A stretch of 64,000 bases of DNA from a virus. The stretch lies in the IMG/VR virus record IMGVR_UViG_3300002092_000025; one strand, 5' to 3'. Positions 26,587 through 38,400 of the stretch are shown in pieces. Numbering within the stretch: position 1 is the stretch's first letter; each line of letters starts with the position of its first letter. A model generated the notes under the pieces. That model was not told where the DNA came from and did no database searches. It saw only the letters and a list, made by a program, of their open reading frames with translations. Both the position numbers and the translations under genes were made by a program.

Positions 26587-28973
26587 TGGGTAAAATTGTA
26601 AATCGTGAAACCGGAGAAATTGATTTCGTTGACGATGTTCCACCTACTATTCCGGGGGTAGGAGAGGATCCATATTCCTTAGGAGGGGCTGCTTCGGCTC
26701 CACAAGATCTAACTCCTACACCAGCCGACAATACCAGTTATACTGATGCAACTCCTCCTAATTTTAGAGCGTCAGAAAACGCCAGTATGGCAGATTTAAA
26801 CAATCAACAGCAAGGTCCTCCGATGCCGGATACTACGGCTACTACTGCTAGAGATAGTAATACTGCCGATACTACAGGATCTACAGGCGGTAATAGTGGA
26901 CAAACCGGTTCGGGATCGAACACATCATCTTCTGGATTTAGATCAGAAGCAGGCTCGAGAGATGAAAGCTATACTTCTCCGGGATCAAGTGGCTCTGGAT
27001 CATCATCGGGCGGTACCGGAACTGGTACTTCAATGAGCAGGACTGTTGCAGGTATGCAGAACGCTATTAATGCTTCAACAGTTATGCAAGGACAAGGTTA
27101 CAACTATTCCAAGTATGCTTCAGCTAAGAAAAATCCTCTTAATCAGTATATTTCTTTTAACTGCTTGTATACTTTAGCTTGTCTAACTCCACAACAACAG
27201 AAAGATGCGAATTTTAGTTCGTCGGGTTTAAAAAATATCGTCTGTCGTACACAAGGAGATTGGACGAAAGATAATCACGTTGCGACAGAATTCGGTAGTT
27301 ATGATTATATTATTGATGACTTAGTTATAGCTACTTTACCTTCGATGAGTAAAGCGGCCGGTGCAGCATTCGCAACTAAGATAACTTTCAAAGTCACAGA
27401 ACCCTATAGTTTAGGTTTATTCTTCTTAGCATTGCAAGAAGGTGCTACTAAATCTGGATATAGTAATTTCCGAGAAGCTAGTTACCTGTTGATGGTAGAA
27501 TTTTCTGGATATAGAGAAGATAAGAAACCTTATAAAGATAATAGCCTAACTAGATATATTCCTATAAAATTCGTAACTATAAAATTAAGAGCAAGTCAGG
27601 CCGGAAGCATATATGAATGTGAAGCTATACCTTATAATGAAGTTGCTTTTAGAGATCCATTTACTACGATTAAAGAAACTACCCAACTTTCGGGGGGAAC
27701 AGTTGATGAATTATTGAAAAGTCTATTAACAGCATTACAACGACAAGTTAATAATGTTAAATCAGATAAGACTATTGATAATCCAGATACTATCGAACTT
27801 ATCTTTCCTAGTAAGTTTACTTCAAAAACAAATGACGGTAATGCGATATCGAAAAGTACTGTTTATACTAATTTTGATTCTGCAGGACAACCTCCTTTTC
27901 CTTCTCAGGATGCAAGATTTGATAAGGTTAAACAGATTTATAAAGACCTACAGATTAATACAGAAAAGAAAAGGAACTTCAATTATAATGCTGGGACCAA
28001 GATACAGGATATAATTTCAGAAGTCATACTTAGAAGTCAATTTGTTGTAACACAATTATTAGAAGGTGCTTCAAAAACTGATCCTTTGGGAATGATTGAC
28101 TGGTATAGAGTTGAAGCAAGAGTCGAAGACGGGCCCGAAAGTAAAGCATTAGGTAGACAGTCTAGGAAGATGATATTTAGGATAGTACCTTATAAAGTAT
28201 CTATTAGTAGACTCATACCCCCAAACACACAGCCTCCGAGTTATGAAGGATTAAATGCTTCAACTACTCGTGTATATGAATATCTCTATACAGGGCAAAA
28301 CACAGATATATTAAAATTGGATTTAGAATTTAACATGGCATTCTACGCAGCAATTCCGGCTGATGCGACTAATACTACCGGTACTGCTAACTCAGGTCTT
28401 ACTACTAATGCTGGTGGAAAAAACGAAATAGAAACATTCAATATGTCAAATAAAGTTCCATCTAGTAACGCTAGCGATGAAACTGGATCAGCGGCACCGA
28501 GCGGTAATCCAAATGCAGTTGTTTCAAATCCTAAGGGAGGTTCGGGATCAGACGACGGCAAGTCGATACAATCGAGAACACTAGAAGCGTTATTAACTAA
28601 CGAAGGTGATTTAGCAAATCTTGAAATCGAAGTTAGGGGAGATCCTTATTATCTTCCTAGCAGCGGAATGGGAAATATAATAAGAAAAGAAGCCGACGGT
28701 GCAGCTGGATTTAATGAAATGGAAGATGGCGCAATGAATTATCAGAGCGGAGAAACTGATTTTGTTGTTGTAATTCGAACTCCAATTGATATTGATCCCA
28801 AGACAGGTTTATATAAATTTGCTAAAACAGTTGACGAGTTAAGTGGACTGTTTATGATAACTGAAGTAGAATCTAAGTTTAATCATAATAGATTTACACA
28901 GATAGTAAGAGGAATAAGAAGGCGTGTACAGCTTGGATCCGGATCCGGATCAAAGAATACATTCTTTTCATAA
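26586..28973 (+). CDS. Baseplate hub protein (gp27/phage late control D-like) with a low-complexity N-terminal extension
   Basis: It lies before gp5. C-terminal LEIEVRGDPYYL and GLFMITEVESKF...FTQ are hub-like. The first ~170 aa are Ser/Gly/Thr-rich. Confidence 0.65.
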   Translation: MGKIVNRETGEIDFVDDVPPTIPGVGEDPYSLGGAASAPQDLTPTPADNTSYTDATPPNFRASENASMADLNNQQQGPPMPDTTATTARDSNTADTTGSTGGNSGQTGSGSNTSSSGFRSEAGSRDESYTSPGSSGSGSSSGGTGTGTSMSRTVAGMQNAINASTVMQGQGYNYSKYASAKKNPLNQYISFNCLYTLACLTPQQQKDANFSSSGLKNIVCRTQGDWTKDNHVATEFGSYDYIIDDLVIATLPSMSKAAGAAFATKITFKVTEPYSLGLFFLALQEGATKSGYSNFREASYLLMVEFSGYREDKKPYKDNSLTRYIPIKFVTIKLRASQAGSIYECEAIPYNEVAFRDPFTTIKETTQLSGGTVDELLKSLLTALQRQVNNVKSDKTIDNPDTIELIFPSKFTSKTNDGNAISKSTVYTNFDSAGQPPFPSQDARFDKVKQIYKDLQINTEKKRNFNYNAGTKIQDIISEVILRSQFVVTQLLEGASKTDPLGMIDWYRVEARVEDGPESKALGRQSRKMIFRIVPYKVSISRLIPPNTQPPSYEGLNASTTRVYEYLYTGQNTDILKLDLEFNMAFYAAIPADATNTTGTANSGLTTNAGGKNEIETFNMSNKVPSSNASDETGSAAPSGNPNAVVSNPKGGSGSDDGKSIQSRTLEALLTNEGDLANLEIEVRGDPYYLPSSGMGNIIRKEADGAAGFNEMEDGAMNYQSGETDFVVVIRTPIDIDPKTGLYKFAKTVDELSGLFMITEVESKFNHNRFTQIVRGIRRRVQLGSGSGSKNTFFS

Positions 28974-28982
28974 GGACAGGAA

Positions 28983-31466
28983 ATGGCTGATAGTTCAAGA
29001 TCTAGGAATGATACATATTCAACAGGCATGGACGGCCCGGGACCGTTTATCGCTAAGGTTATCAATAATATTGATCCTAATCGACAAGGTGCCCTCGAAG
29101 TTCAACTACTAAAGACCATCGGTGACCAATCTTCAGCAGACCACCAGCTCTATACGGTCAAGTATCTTAATCCATTCTATGGAGTTACTGATATTGACCT
29201 CAATGGATCTGATCCAGATGAGTTCAATCATACACAAAAAAGTTATGGATTTTGGTTTGTTCCTCCCGACACCGGTACACTTGTTATGGTTATCTTTGTT
29301 AATGGTGACCCAGGACAGGGCTATTGGATGGGCTGTGTCCAAAATGTGTTTATGAACTACATGATTCCTGCTATCGCTGGTAGCAAATCAGGATCAGATA
29401 AAACTCGTGAGAACGATGAGACGTCTTGGAGCAATAAAACCGTAGACACTAAGACAACCTATGGTACAGATTTTGTTCCTGTTGGAGAAGTTAATAGAGG
29501 CTCCATTAAAGCAGGAAACTCAACAGTTAATCCTAGGATCGATGAGATGAAAAAACCGGTACATCCTTTCGCAGATGTTCTAGTTAAGCAAGGTTTGATC
29601 ATCGATACGGTACGCGGACCAACTACGAGCAGTGCTCGACGTGATAGTCCTAGCAATGTTTTTGGAATTAGTACTCCGGGACCTATTGATAAGAGGACTA
29701 ATGCACATAAAGGTAGTGTCGGTAGACAAGATGGTAAGGTTACTAAGTTCATTAGTCGTCTGGGCGGCCACCAGTTGGTTATGGATGACGGTAATGACAG
29801 GATACTGAGGAAGAATAAACCCGACGAAGGCCCGCCGGAGTATGCTAATCTTGAATCAGGAGACACTGGGGGATTAGTTGAATATCCACAAGACGAATCA
29901 TTTCGCATAAGGACACGTACTGGACACCAGATCCTCTTACATAATACAGAAGATTTAATCTATATAACCAATGCAGGAGGGTCGGCTTGGATAGAATTAA
30001 CCAGTAATGGCAAAATTGATATCTATGCTGCTGACAGTATCAGCATACGGACTGAAGAAGATTTTAATTTTACAGCAGATAGAGACATTAACTTTCATGC
30101 TGATAGAGCTATAAACATGTTTGCTGTTTCTAGGATGAGTTTTGAAACAAAAGACAATTTAAATCTCAAAGCCGGAGTTGGGTTGAATATATCTGGAAAT
30201 ACAGATTTATCATTAATCACCGGTAGTGATATATCAATAAGTGCCGGTAAAGGATTTAATCTTAAGTCAAGTGATTTGAGACTAACTGGGACTAATGTTG
30301 ATATTTTAGCAGGCGGCCAGTTACATATGACTGCTTCTGCTGATATAAACATCAAAGGTAATAGAACATTAATAAGTTCTAATAGAAATACAGAAATACT
30401 AAGCGGTAGTAGCACTATTTTAGGTTCAGCTAACTTAGAAATTGGCGCAAGTGGGACAATAACTATGCAAGGTAAAGCAAAAGTTGATATCAACGGTGCT
30501 TCACCGATCGCAGCTTCACAAGCAGTTGAAGCAGTTCCGGCAACTATTTCGTCTTCGTCGTCAAATTCTCTAACACTTTATCCATTGCCGGGTGTGGGAT
30601 CTGTCCTAGTTAAGCGAGCTCCAGCATCAGAACCATGGCCGCATCATGAGAATAAGAACCCTCCAGGGTTTACTAGCGACTTAACTGACAGAGAAAATCC
30701 AAGTATGCCATACGGGTTAGGTGCAGAACGCTTAACTATCAACAAGACCGAAGATGGTGAGAAGGTTCCAACCGAGTTAGGAGGCGGCGCAGGGTTTGAA
30801 GGTGGGCCACCTAGCGGCGCAGGCGGCGGTGTTGTTGGTAAGAAAGCCAAAAATAGCACAGGTGCTCCGTCAACCGATGTTGAATCTACAGCTTCAAATC
30901 CGAATACAGCAGTTAAAACTGACTATAACGACGGATCTCTGGAAAGAATGCCAGCTAAGTGGATCGATGATAAGGAGTTTATCGCTAAGAGTGCCAAGCT
31001 CGCAAGCAAGTATGGCATGAAAGTTGAAGAATTAATCACATTAATGTTCATCGAATCGGGTTGTAGTTCAACTATTCAGAACTCTTTGGGCTATACAGGA
31101 CTTATACAGTTTGGTAAGTCGGCACTGGTATCTATGAATAAAGCCTACGGAACTAACTGGAGTACTGATAGTATACGTCAGTTAAGCCGCACACAGCAGC
31201 TTGACCTAGTTGAACAGTTCTTTGATATGTGGAAAAAACAGTTGAAGATTGGAGATCTATCATTGGGACGCATGTATATATTGATATTCATGCCAAAGTA
31301 TGTTAACTATCCAGAAGATTATGTTATCGCCGGACCCGATTCACCGATAGTTCACTATAATAAGACACTTTGTGAGAATGGATATTGTACTCCTAGGTCG
31401 ATCATGAGAGTTCCTAACAGAGAAGTTGCTGGTATAGCACAGAAGCTTCAACGTGCAGGTTATTAA
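28983..31466 (+). CDS. gp5: Baseplate central spike, gp5-like, with a C-terminal lysozyme-like/transglycosylase domain
   Basis: N-terminal OB fold (GFWFVPPDTGTLVMVIF...GYWMGC), RTRTGHQILL, beta-helix repeats, and C-terminal LMFIESG...GYTGLIQFG. Confidence 0.85.
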   Translation: MADSSRSRNDTYSTGMDGPGPFIAKVINNIDPNRQGALEVQLLKTIGDQSSADHQLYTVKYLNPFYGVTDIDLNGSDPDEFNHTQKSYGFWFVPPDTGTLVMVIFVNGDPGQGYWMGCVQNVFMNYMIPAIAGSKSGSDKTRENDETSWSNKTVDTKTTYGTDFVPVGEVNRGSIKAGNSTVNPRIDEMKKPVHPFADVLVKQGLIIDTVRGPTTSSARRDSPSNVFGISTPGPIDKRTNAHKGSVGRQDGKVTKFISRLGGHQLVMDDGNDRILRKNKPDEGPPEYANLESGDTGGLVEYPQDESFRIRTRTGHQILLHNTEDLIYITNAGGSAWIELTSNGKIDIYAADSISIRTEEDFNFTADRDINFHADRAINMFAVSRMSFETKDNLNLKAGVGLNISGNTDLSLITGSDISISAGKGFNLKSSDLRLTGTNVDILAGGQLHMTASADINIKGNRTLISSNRNTEILSGSSTILGSANLEIGASGTITMQGKAKVDINGASPIAASQAVEAVPATISSSSSNSLTLYPLPGVGSVLVKRAPASEPWPHHENKNPPGFTSDLTDRENPSMPYGLGAERLTINKTEDGEKVPTELGGGAGFEGGPPSGAGGGVVGKKAKNSTGAPSTDVESTASNPNTAVKTDYNDGSLERMPAKWIDDKEFIAKSAKLASKYGMKVEELITLMFIESGCSSTIQNSLGYTGLIQFGKSALVSMNKAYGTNWSTDSIRQLSRTQQLDLVEQFFDMWKKQLKIGDLSLGRMYILIFMPKYVNYPEDYVIAGPDSPIVHYNKTLCENGYCTPRSIMRVPNREVAGIAQKLQRAGY

Positions 31467-31492
31467 TGTTAAATATGATAGAGGAATAACAG

Positions 31493-31933
31493 ATGGCAGT
31501 CCAAGGTTATAGCAATCTCAGTATAGGTTCAAATTCTGCACAGTCTAACTCTCAGAAGTTCTTACCTAGGACTTATAAAGGGTTTAGTTCAGTTAGTAGT
31601 GATACTAACAATGGTGCTCTCTATGATCTCGCATTGATCAAACAAGATCTCATTAATCACTTCCATATTCGTAAGGGAGAAAAGTTAGAGAATCCGGAAT
31701 TTGGAACTATTATATGGGATATGCTCTTTGAACCAATGACCGAACAAGTCAAAGAACTGATAGTTAATGATATTTCGACTATTGTTAACTCAGATCCTCG
31801 TACTAGATGTATCCAAACAGTTGTTACACAAGTTGATCAAGGTATACAGATTGAATTAACACTCTTATATGTTCCATATAATATACAAGAATCAATGCAG
31901 TTTGCGTTCGACAGTAAGAACATGCTTGTTTAA
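31493..31933 (+). CDS. gp25: Baseplate wedge subunit
   Basis: IKQDLINHFHIRKGEKLENPEFGTIIWDMLFEP...DPR are gp25 motifs. TTAAATA at 31469-31475. Confidence 0.9.
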   Translation: MAVQGYSNLSIGSNSAQSNSQKFLPRTYKGFSSVSSDTNNGALYDLALIKQDLINHFHIRKGEKLENPEFGTIIWDMLFEPMTEQVKELIVNDISTIVNSDPRTRCIQTVVTQVDQGIQIELTLLYVPYNIQESMQFAFDSKNMLV

Positions 31934-31957
31934 TAAAATACCACATTATTATCTAAA

Positions 31958-31964
31958 ATAAATA
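31958..31964 (+). promoter_or_regulatory. Late promoter motif ATAAATA
   Basis: 24 nt upstream of the gp6 start. Confidence 0.65.
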
Positions 31965-31988
31965 AAGTATCAACGAGGCAGATGATAT

Positions 31989-34900
31989 ATGTCGGTAACC
32001 GGACGTCAGAACAACCTATTTTTAGCTGAAGATTGGAGGAGGATTTACCAAACCTTCAAGTATGCAGATTTCACGAGCTACGATTTCGAAAACATTCGTC
32101 GTGTTATGATTTCTTATCTCAGGGAAAACTATCCCGAGAATTTTAATGACTATATTGAGTCAAGTGAATATCTAGCACTGATTGATCTTATCGCATTCCT
32201 GGGACAGAGTCTCGCATTTCGTATGGATCTTAATGCACGTGAAAACTTCTTAGAATTAGCAGAACGTCGAGAAAGCATATTAAGATTAGCTCGTTTATTA
32301 AGCTACAATGTAAAAAGAAACATCTGTGCTAGCGGATTACTTAAGTTTGAATCTGTATCAACTACTGAAGAAGTTATCGATGCTGGTGGTAGGAACTTAC
32401 AGAACATCATAGTTACTTGGAATGATAATACTAACAATAATTGGTTTGATCAATTTGTTAAAATCATGAACTCTGCTATGATATCTAATCTCCAGTTCGG
32501 CATTCCTCAGACGTATTCACTTGTTAATGGTATCTACACAGAACAATATAGATTGAATAGTCAAATAAACGACTTAACTATTTTTCCATATTCTAAAGTT
32601 ATCGATGGTAGGTCTTATAACTTTGAAGTAACTAGTACTATTACAAAAGATAGTACTATACAAGAAGAAGCTCCATATTTTGGTCGCCGTGTTTCTTTAC
32701 TATATCGAGATGATCAGTCGGGATATGGAAGTAATGATACTGGTTGGTTTATGCATTTCCGACAGGGGTCATTACAACAAAGAGATTTTTCTTTAATAAC
32801 CCCTACAACTAATCAAATAGTTGATGTTACTGAAGTTAATATTAATAATGATGATGTTTGGTTGTATGCCTTGGATCAAAATAACAAAGAATCTGCTCTT
32901 TGGACACAGATTCCATCTATAACAGGAAATAATGTTATCTACAATAGTATAGATAAAACTATAAGAAATATCTATAGTGTACAGACTGGAACTAATGATT
33001 CGATATCTTTAGTATTTGGTGATGGCATATTTGGCAACTTACCTAAGGGTAATTTCCGTTGTTATTACAGAACATCTAATGGTATTTCTTATAGTATACA
33101 TCCTAGAGACATGAGAGGTATTGTTGTATCTATTCCGTATGTTTCTAAAGCCGGATCAGTTGAGACATTACAGGTAACGATGTCGTTAACGTCGTCTGTT
33201 ACTAATGCTAGCGCAGCCGAATCCAATCAAGAAGTTAAAAATAGAGCACCTGCAACATATTATACACAGAATAGAATGGTTACCGGAGAAGATTATAATT
33301 TAGCTCCTCTTTCTTCTAGTCAAAGTATAGCTAAAGTTAAAGCAGTTAATAGAACAACTAGTGGAATCAGTAAGAATTTTGATTTGATAGATCCTACTGG
33401 AAAGTATAGTACTACTAGTTCTTTCTGTACCGACGGCATGATCTATAGAGAAGATATTAAGAATAATTTTGATTTTACTTTTAATTCTAGAACCGACATT
33501 GAATCTATGATAAAGAATAAAGTTGAACCTATAACAAAACTTCCTATCATGCGAGATTTTTATTATGGAAGATATAAATTTGATTCTATAGATATAACTG
33601 CTACTCTAAATCAAAGTACTAGTTCTTATAATGAAACTACGGGATATATTTTAGGTATAGATGGGGTAACTCCTACAAAAGTTGGAGTATATGCTGGAAG
33701 TAATATATTAAAATATATCGAACCGGGTGCATTGGTTAAATTTTCTCCACCTGCTGGAAAATATTTTTCTGCTAGCGGAACGTTAGTATCAACAGCATCA
33801 ACTACAACCACAGATCGTATATGGAGCAGGGTATCACAAGTAACAGGAGACGGGACTGGTTATAATAGCCAGGGAAATCTAATTACTGGAATTGGTCCGT
33901 TAGTATTTGATCAGATTATCCCTACTGGTTCCATTATAACAAGGATCATTCCAAAGTTTTTAGGCTATATGCCAACAACTATTCAATCATTAATGATAGA
34001 TCTAATTTTTAATTATAAAAATTTCGGATTAAGATTTGATTATCAAACTAGAAATTGGGCTATCGTACAGGCTAAAGATTTAAATGTTACTGATCCTTGG
34101 GATCAATCTACAGCAGGAAATACTAATAGTTTGAAATTAGATACTAGTTGGATTATCTCTTTCGAAACAAATGGCCAGAAATATATTATAACATATCGTG
34201 GACTTGAATATTATTTTGAATCTATCAAAGAAAATAGATTTTTCTTTGATGGAACTAGGAAAATATATGATCCAACTACTGGTAAGTTACAAAAAGATAA
34301 GGTTTCAGTACTCAAATTTAATACATTTCCATCAAACAATAATAATTTAGGTAGAGATTATCCTTGGGAGATTATCGGAACTACTAGCGAAAGCGATGGA
34401 TACACTAGTAGTAAAGCGGTTAAGATAACATTTGCAGATAGCAATGACGACGGTGTTGTTGATAATCCTGAAGAATTTGATATAATCGTTAATCCGACTA
34501 TTACTAATAGTAATTTTCCGTTTATATTCTTTGAAAAATATGTAACTGACAATTATAACATCGATTATCGTCATGTTTCAAACGACGATAACATGTTTTT
34601 AATATACGATAAAGAAAGTTCAGTTCTGTTCGATGACAGAACCCCTTTTAATAATGGGCAGCTATTCTATTTTTATTATACTGATATAGTAAAAATTTAC
34701 AATAAGACATCGGGTACATTTACTACTACTAGAGATTATTATGCTAATGTTGGACGTAGCGGGCTTTATTTCCATTATCTACATAATGCTGATTCAACTG
34801 TAAGGATAGATCCTAGTGCAAGTAATATTATGGATCTATATCTATTGATTAAAGATTACGATACAGAATATAGAAAATATATCAATGGAGATATAACAAC

Positions 34901-35441
34901 TCAACCTTTACCTCCTAGCAGCACAGAATTGAGATTAACTTATGGTGGCAACCTAGACAAGATTAAGAGTATAAGTGATGACATAATATATCATCCGGTG
35001 CGTTATAAACCGTTGTTTGGTGATTCCGCTGATAAAAGATTACAGGCGACATTTAAAGTAGTCAGGAATATGGAACAGGTTATAACAGACAACGATATTA
35101 AAACTCGAATTATTGCTGTTATTAATCGATTCTTTGCGATAGATAATTGGGACTTCGGTGATACTTTCTATTTTAGTGAGTTGTCTGCATCTGTTATGAA
35201 TAACTTAGTTCCTTACATAACTACATTTCTTATTGTTCCGAATAATAGCGATCAGGTATATGGTAGTTTACAACAGATATCATCAGCTCCAAACGAAATT
35301 TTTATCAGTAGTGCAACAGTTAATAATATCGAGATAATAGAATCGATAACAGCCGACAACGTAAAATCGGCAGGTTACATACTAACTACATCAATACTTG
35401 ATATCAATAGCAACAATCTAACAAGTTCTACAAATTTTTAA
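31989..35441 (+). CDS. gp6: Baseplate wedge subunit, enlarged (1150 aa)
   Basis: DFTSYDFENIR, ARENFLELAERRESILRLA..LSYN, GDGIFGNLP and QNRMVTGEDY are gp6 motifs. Confidence 0.9.
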   Translation: MSVTGRQNNLFLAEDWRRIYQTFKYADFTSYDFENIRRVMISYLRENYPENFNDYIESSEYLALIDLIAFLGQSLAFRMDLNARENFLELAERRESILRLARLLSYNVKRNICASGLLKFESVSTTEEVIDAGGRNLQNIIVTWNDNTNNNWFDQFVKIMNSAMISNLQFGIPQTYSLVNGIYTEQYRLNSQINDLTIFPYSKVIDGRSYNFEVTSTITKDSTIQEEAPYFGRRVSLLYRDDQSGYGSNDTGWFMHFRQGSLQQRDFSLITPTTNQIVDVTEVNINNDDVWLYALDQNNKESALWTQIPSITGNNVIYNSIDKTIRNIYSVQTGTNDSISLVFGDGIFGNLPKGNFRCYYRTSNGISYSIHPRDMRGIVVSIPYVSKAGSVETLQVTMSLTSSVTNASAAESNQEVKNRAPATYYTQNRMVTGEDYNLAPLSSSQSIAKVKAVNRTTSGISKNFDLIDPTGKYSTTSSFCTDGMIYREDIKNNFDFTFNSRTDIESMIKNKVEPITKLPIMRDFYYGRYKFDSIDITATLNQSTSSYNETTGYILGIDGVTPTKVGVYAGSNILKYIEPGALVKFSPPAGKYFSASGTLVSTASTTTTDRIWSRVSQVTGDGTGYNSQGNLITGIGPLVFDQIIPTGSIITRIIPKFLGYMPTTIQSLMIDLIFNYKNFGLRFDYQTRNWAIVQAKDLNVTDPWDQSTAGNTNSLKLDTSWIISFETNGQKYIITYRGLEYYFESIKENRFFFDGTRKIYDPTTGKLQKDKVSVLKFNTFPSNNNNLGRDYPWEIIGTTSESDGYTSSKAVKITFADSNDDGVVDNPEEFDIIVNPTITNSNFPFIFFEKYVTDNYNIDYRHVSNDDNMFLIYDKESSVLFDDRTPFNNGQLFYFYYTDIVKIYNKTSGTFTTTRDYYANVGRSGLYFHYLHNADSTVRIDPSASNIMDLYLLIKDYDTEYRKYINGDITTQPLPPSSTELRLTYGGNLDKIKSISDDIIYHPVRYKPLFGDSADKRLQATFKVVRNMEQVITDNDIKTRIIAVINRFFAIDNWDFGDTFYFSELSASVMNNLVPYITTFLIVPNNSDQVYGSLQQISSAPNEIFISSATVNNIEIIESITADNVKSAGYILTTSILDINSNNLTSSTNF

Positions 35442-35453
35442 TTTGAGGTTTAA

Positions 35454-38400
35454 ATGGCGAAAAACGATCAAAACGAGTTTCCTTTATTAGTAGGTTTAGA
35501 TAACCAAAAGACAAGGCAAACTGCTCGACATCTTCCTACTTTCTTTAGGACAGATCAGAATAAAAAATTCTTAGGTGGAACGTTTGATCCGTTAGTCCAA
35601 CCTGGTAAACTATCTAGAATCAATGCTTATATTGGTAGGAAAGATATTCCAAATTATCTTTTCGATGACAATTACGTAGAAGAAAATTCTACTCCTAGAC
35701 AATATTATCAACTTGAACCTTCGTATTCATACCAAGATCCGGTTACTAAAGAAGTTGATTGGTATGCTGACTACCTAGATTATATCAACGGAATCAATTA
35801 TTTTGGAGCACCGGTCGCTAATCATAGTCGATTGAATAAACAAGAAGCATATACTTGGAATCCAAATATTGATTGGGATAAGTTTGTAAATTATAGAGAA
35901 TATTACTGGATACCTAACGGACCAGATCCAATAAAAATTACAGGAGAAATGGAGTCTATATCTTCAACTTATACTGTTAAGATACAGCAACAGGGAGATA
36001 ATTCAACCTATATATTCAGTCCAAGTATATTTCCTCCGGGATTGACTTCCAATCCTCGTCTGACTTTATACAGAGGAGTAAAGTATACATTCGTTATAGA
36101 CGGACCGGGAAAATCTTTCTGTATAAAAACACAGATCGTAGGCGGCGATGCTTATACCTATAATATAGGTGTAAGTCAACAAAAAATATCAAGTGGAACA
36201 TTAACATTTGAAGTGCCATTTGAAGCTCCTAATCTATTATATTACATCGATTCTAATGATATTAATACAGTAGGTATGATCGATATAAAAGATTTATCGT
36301 CATCACTTTATCTTGATGTTGAAGCAGAAATACTAGGAAAGAAAAATTATATAACCAGTTCAGGTATAGATCTTATTAATGGTCTTAAATTGAAATTTTC
36401 TGGAAATATCAAACCGGAAAAATACGCTAATGGATTTTGGTATGTTGAAGGTGTCGGAACAAAGATCAAACTGATCAACTATGAAGAATTAGAAACGCCT
36501 GCTATCTACGGTTCAACTATAGAATTACCGTTTGATAACGAACCTTTTGATTCGCTGCCTTGGGATACTGCATCTAACTATCCTCTAGAAAAAGATTACA
36601 TAACGATTAGTCGTGCTTCGACCGATAGAAATACTTGGTCTAGAAATAATCGTTGGTTTAGTCGTTCAGTTTTAGAAACTACTGCGACAGCTAACGGACA
36701 GGTTGCTATAATTGATCAATCTCAAAGAGCATTGCGTCCTATAATTGAATTTTTTCCAAATATTAAATTATATCAACATGGATGGATTTATAAATCAGAT
36801 GTTGATTTTATCGATACGTTTACTACAGACGTTTTTTCAACCATCGAAGGCAAGATCGGGTATAAGATCGACGGTGACAATTCTATACTTCCTGGATACA
36901 GAATATTGTTTACAGCCGATAGTGATCCTCTAGTTAAGGGTAAGATATTTGAAGTTAAACAGATAACGAATAACAATCTAAATCAAAAACAATTAACATT
37001 ACAACCAACTGCTGATTCTGATCCAATTGAAGGTGAAATCGTTTATGTAACTAAAGGTGACAAAAATAGTGGTTGTTCGTATTATTATCAAAACGGTATT
37101 TGGAATCTAGCACAAAAGAAATCAGCAGTTAATCAAGAACCATTATTTGATTTATTCGATGAAGATAAGATTAGTTTTTCTGATACTACGATATATACTC
37201 ATACAACTTTTCCTGGAAATAGGATTTTTGGATATAAAAAAGGAACAGGAACTAGTGATACTGAATTAGGATTTCCTATATCTCATCTTAACATTAACAA
37301 TGTTGGTGATATACAATTTGAATTTGATCTCGAGACAAAGACTTGGTCATACCAATCCCCCGATGCAGTTACACTCATAGATTCAGTAATCAATATTAAT
37401 TCTTATACTGGATTTTTGAGAAGATATAATGATGATGCTACGTTTACATATCTAAATGGTTGGGTTAGAACAGCTAGAGATACTGAACAGAATGTAGTTA
37501 GAGTTTTGAGGGTCGGTGGAAGCACAGATTTAATCTCAATCGATGTGTTTGATAATAGTGCAAGTCTAACGGATCTTAGAATAAAAGTTTATGTAAATGA
37601 TACTAAAGTAGAGCCTGCTAATCTTTCGTTAGAAACTATTGGAAATACAGCTTATATACGTTTCTCTTATATGCTAATGGCAGATGATAAGGTTGTATAC
37701 AAAGTACGTTCAAGTGCCAGTAAAAATCTCAAAGGCTATTATGAGATTCCTTCTAATTGGCAGAATAATCCATTTAATGATTCAGTATCAACTTTTACTT
37801 TTGGCGAAGCAACGGATCATCTAAAATCCATAATTGAAGATGTTCCGGGATTTTCGGGAGCATTTCCTGGAAACAGCAATCTACCAAACATTGGACTACT
37901 ATCACCTTATGGAAAAAGATTCTTACAGCATTCTGGATCAATGCCTTTAGCTAGTTTCTTGTTAAGAGACGAACATGCAAACGTAGTTAGGGCGTTAAGA
38001 TGGACAGCAACCCGTTATTCGGAATTTAAGAAAGAGTTTTTAAGATTAGCACAAACTAATGCTTATGAGGGGTCGATAACCGAAATAGTTGATCAGATAC
38101 TCTTAGATTATTCTAAAGCGAAGTACATTGATACCTCACCATTCCATTTTTCAGATATGGCTCCGTATGGTGCAGCATCTATACGAAATTACGTAGTTAA
38201 TGATCCACGTTTACCTATGTTTGTTATAGATAGCATATTTGATCCTATGACAATTACCAAACGTTCTGTTTTGGTCTATCTCAATGATGTACAATTAGTT
38301 TATAATAGAGATTATAATTTTGATATTGCTGATGCATTTGTTAATATTAAAGTATCGTTATCGGTTGGTGATACTATTATTATTAAAGATTATGCTAGTA

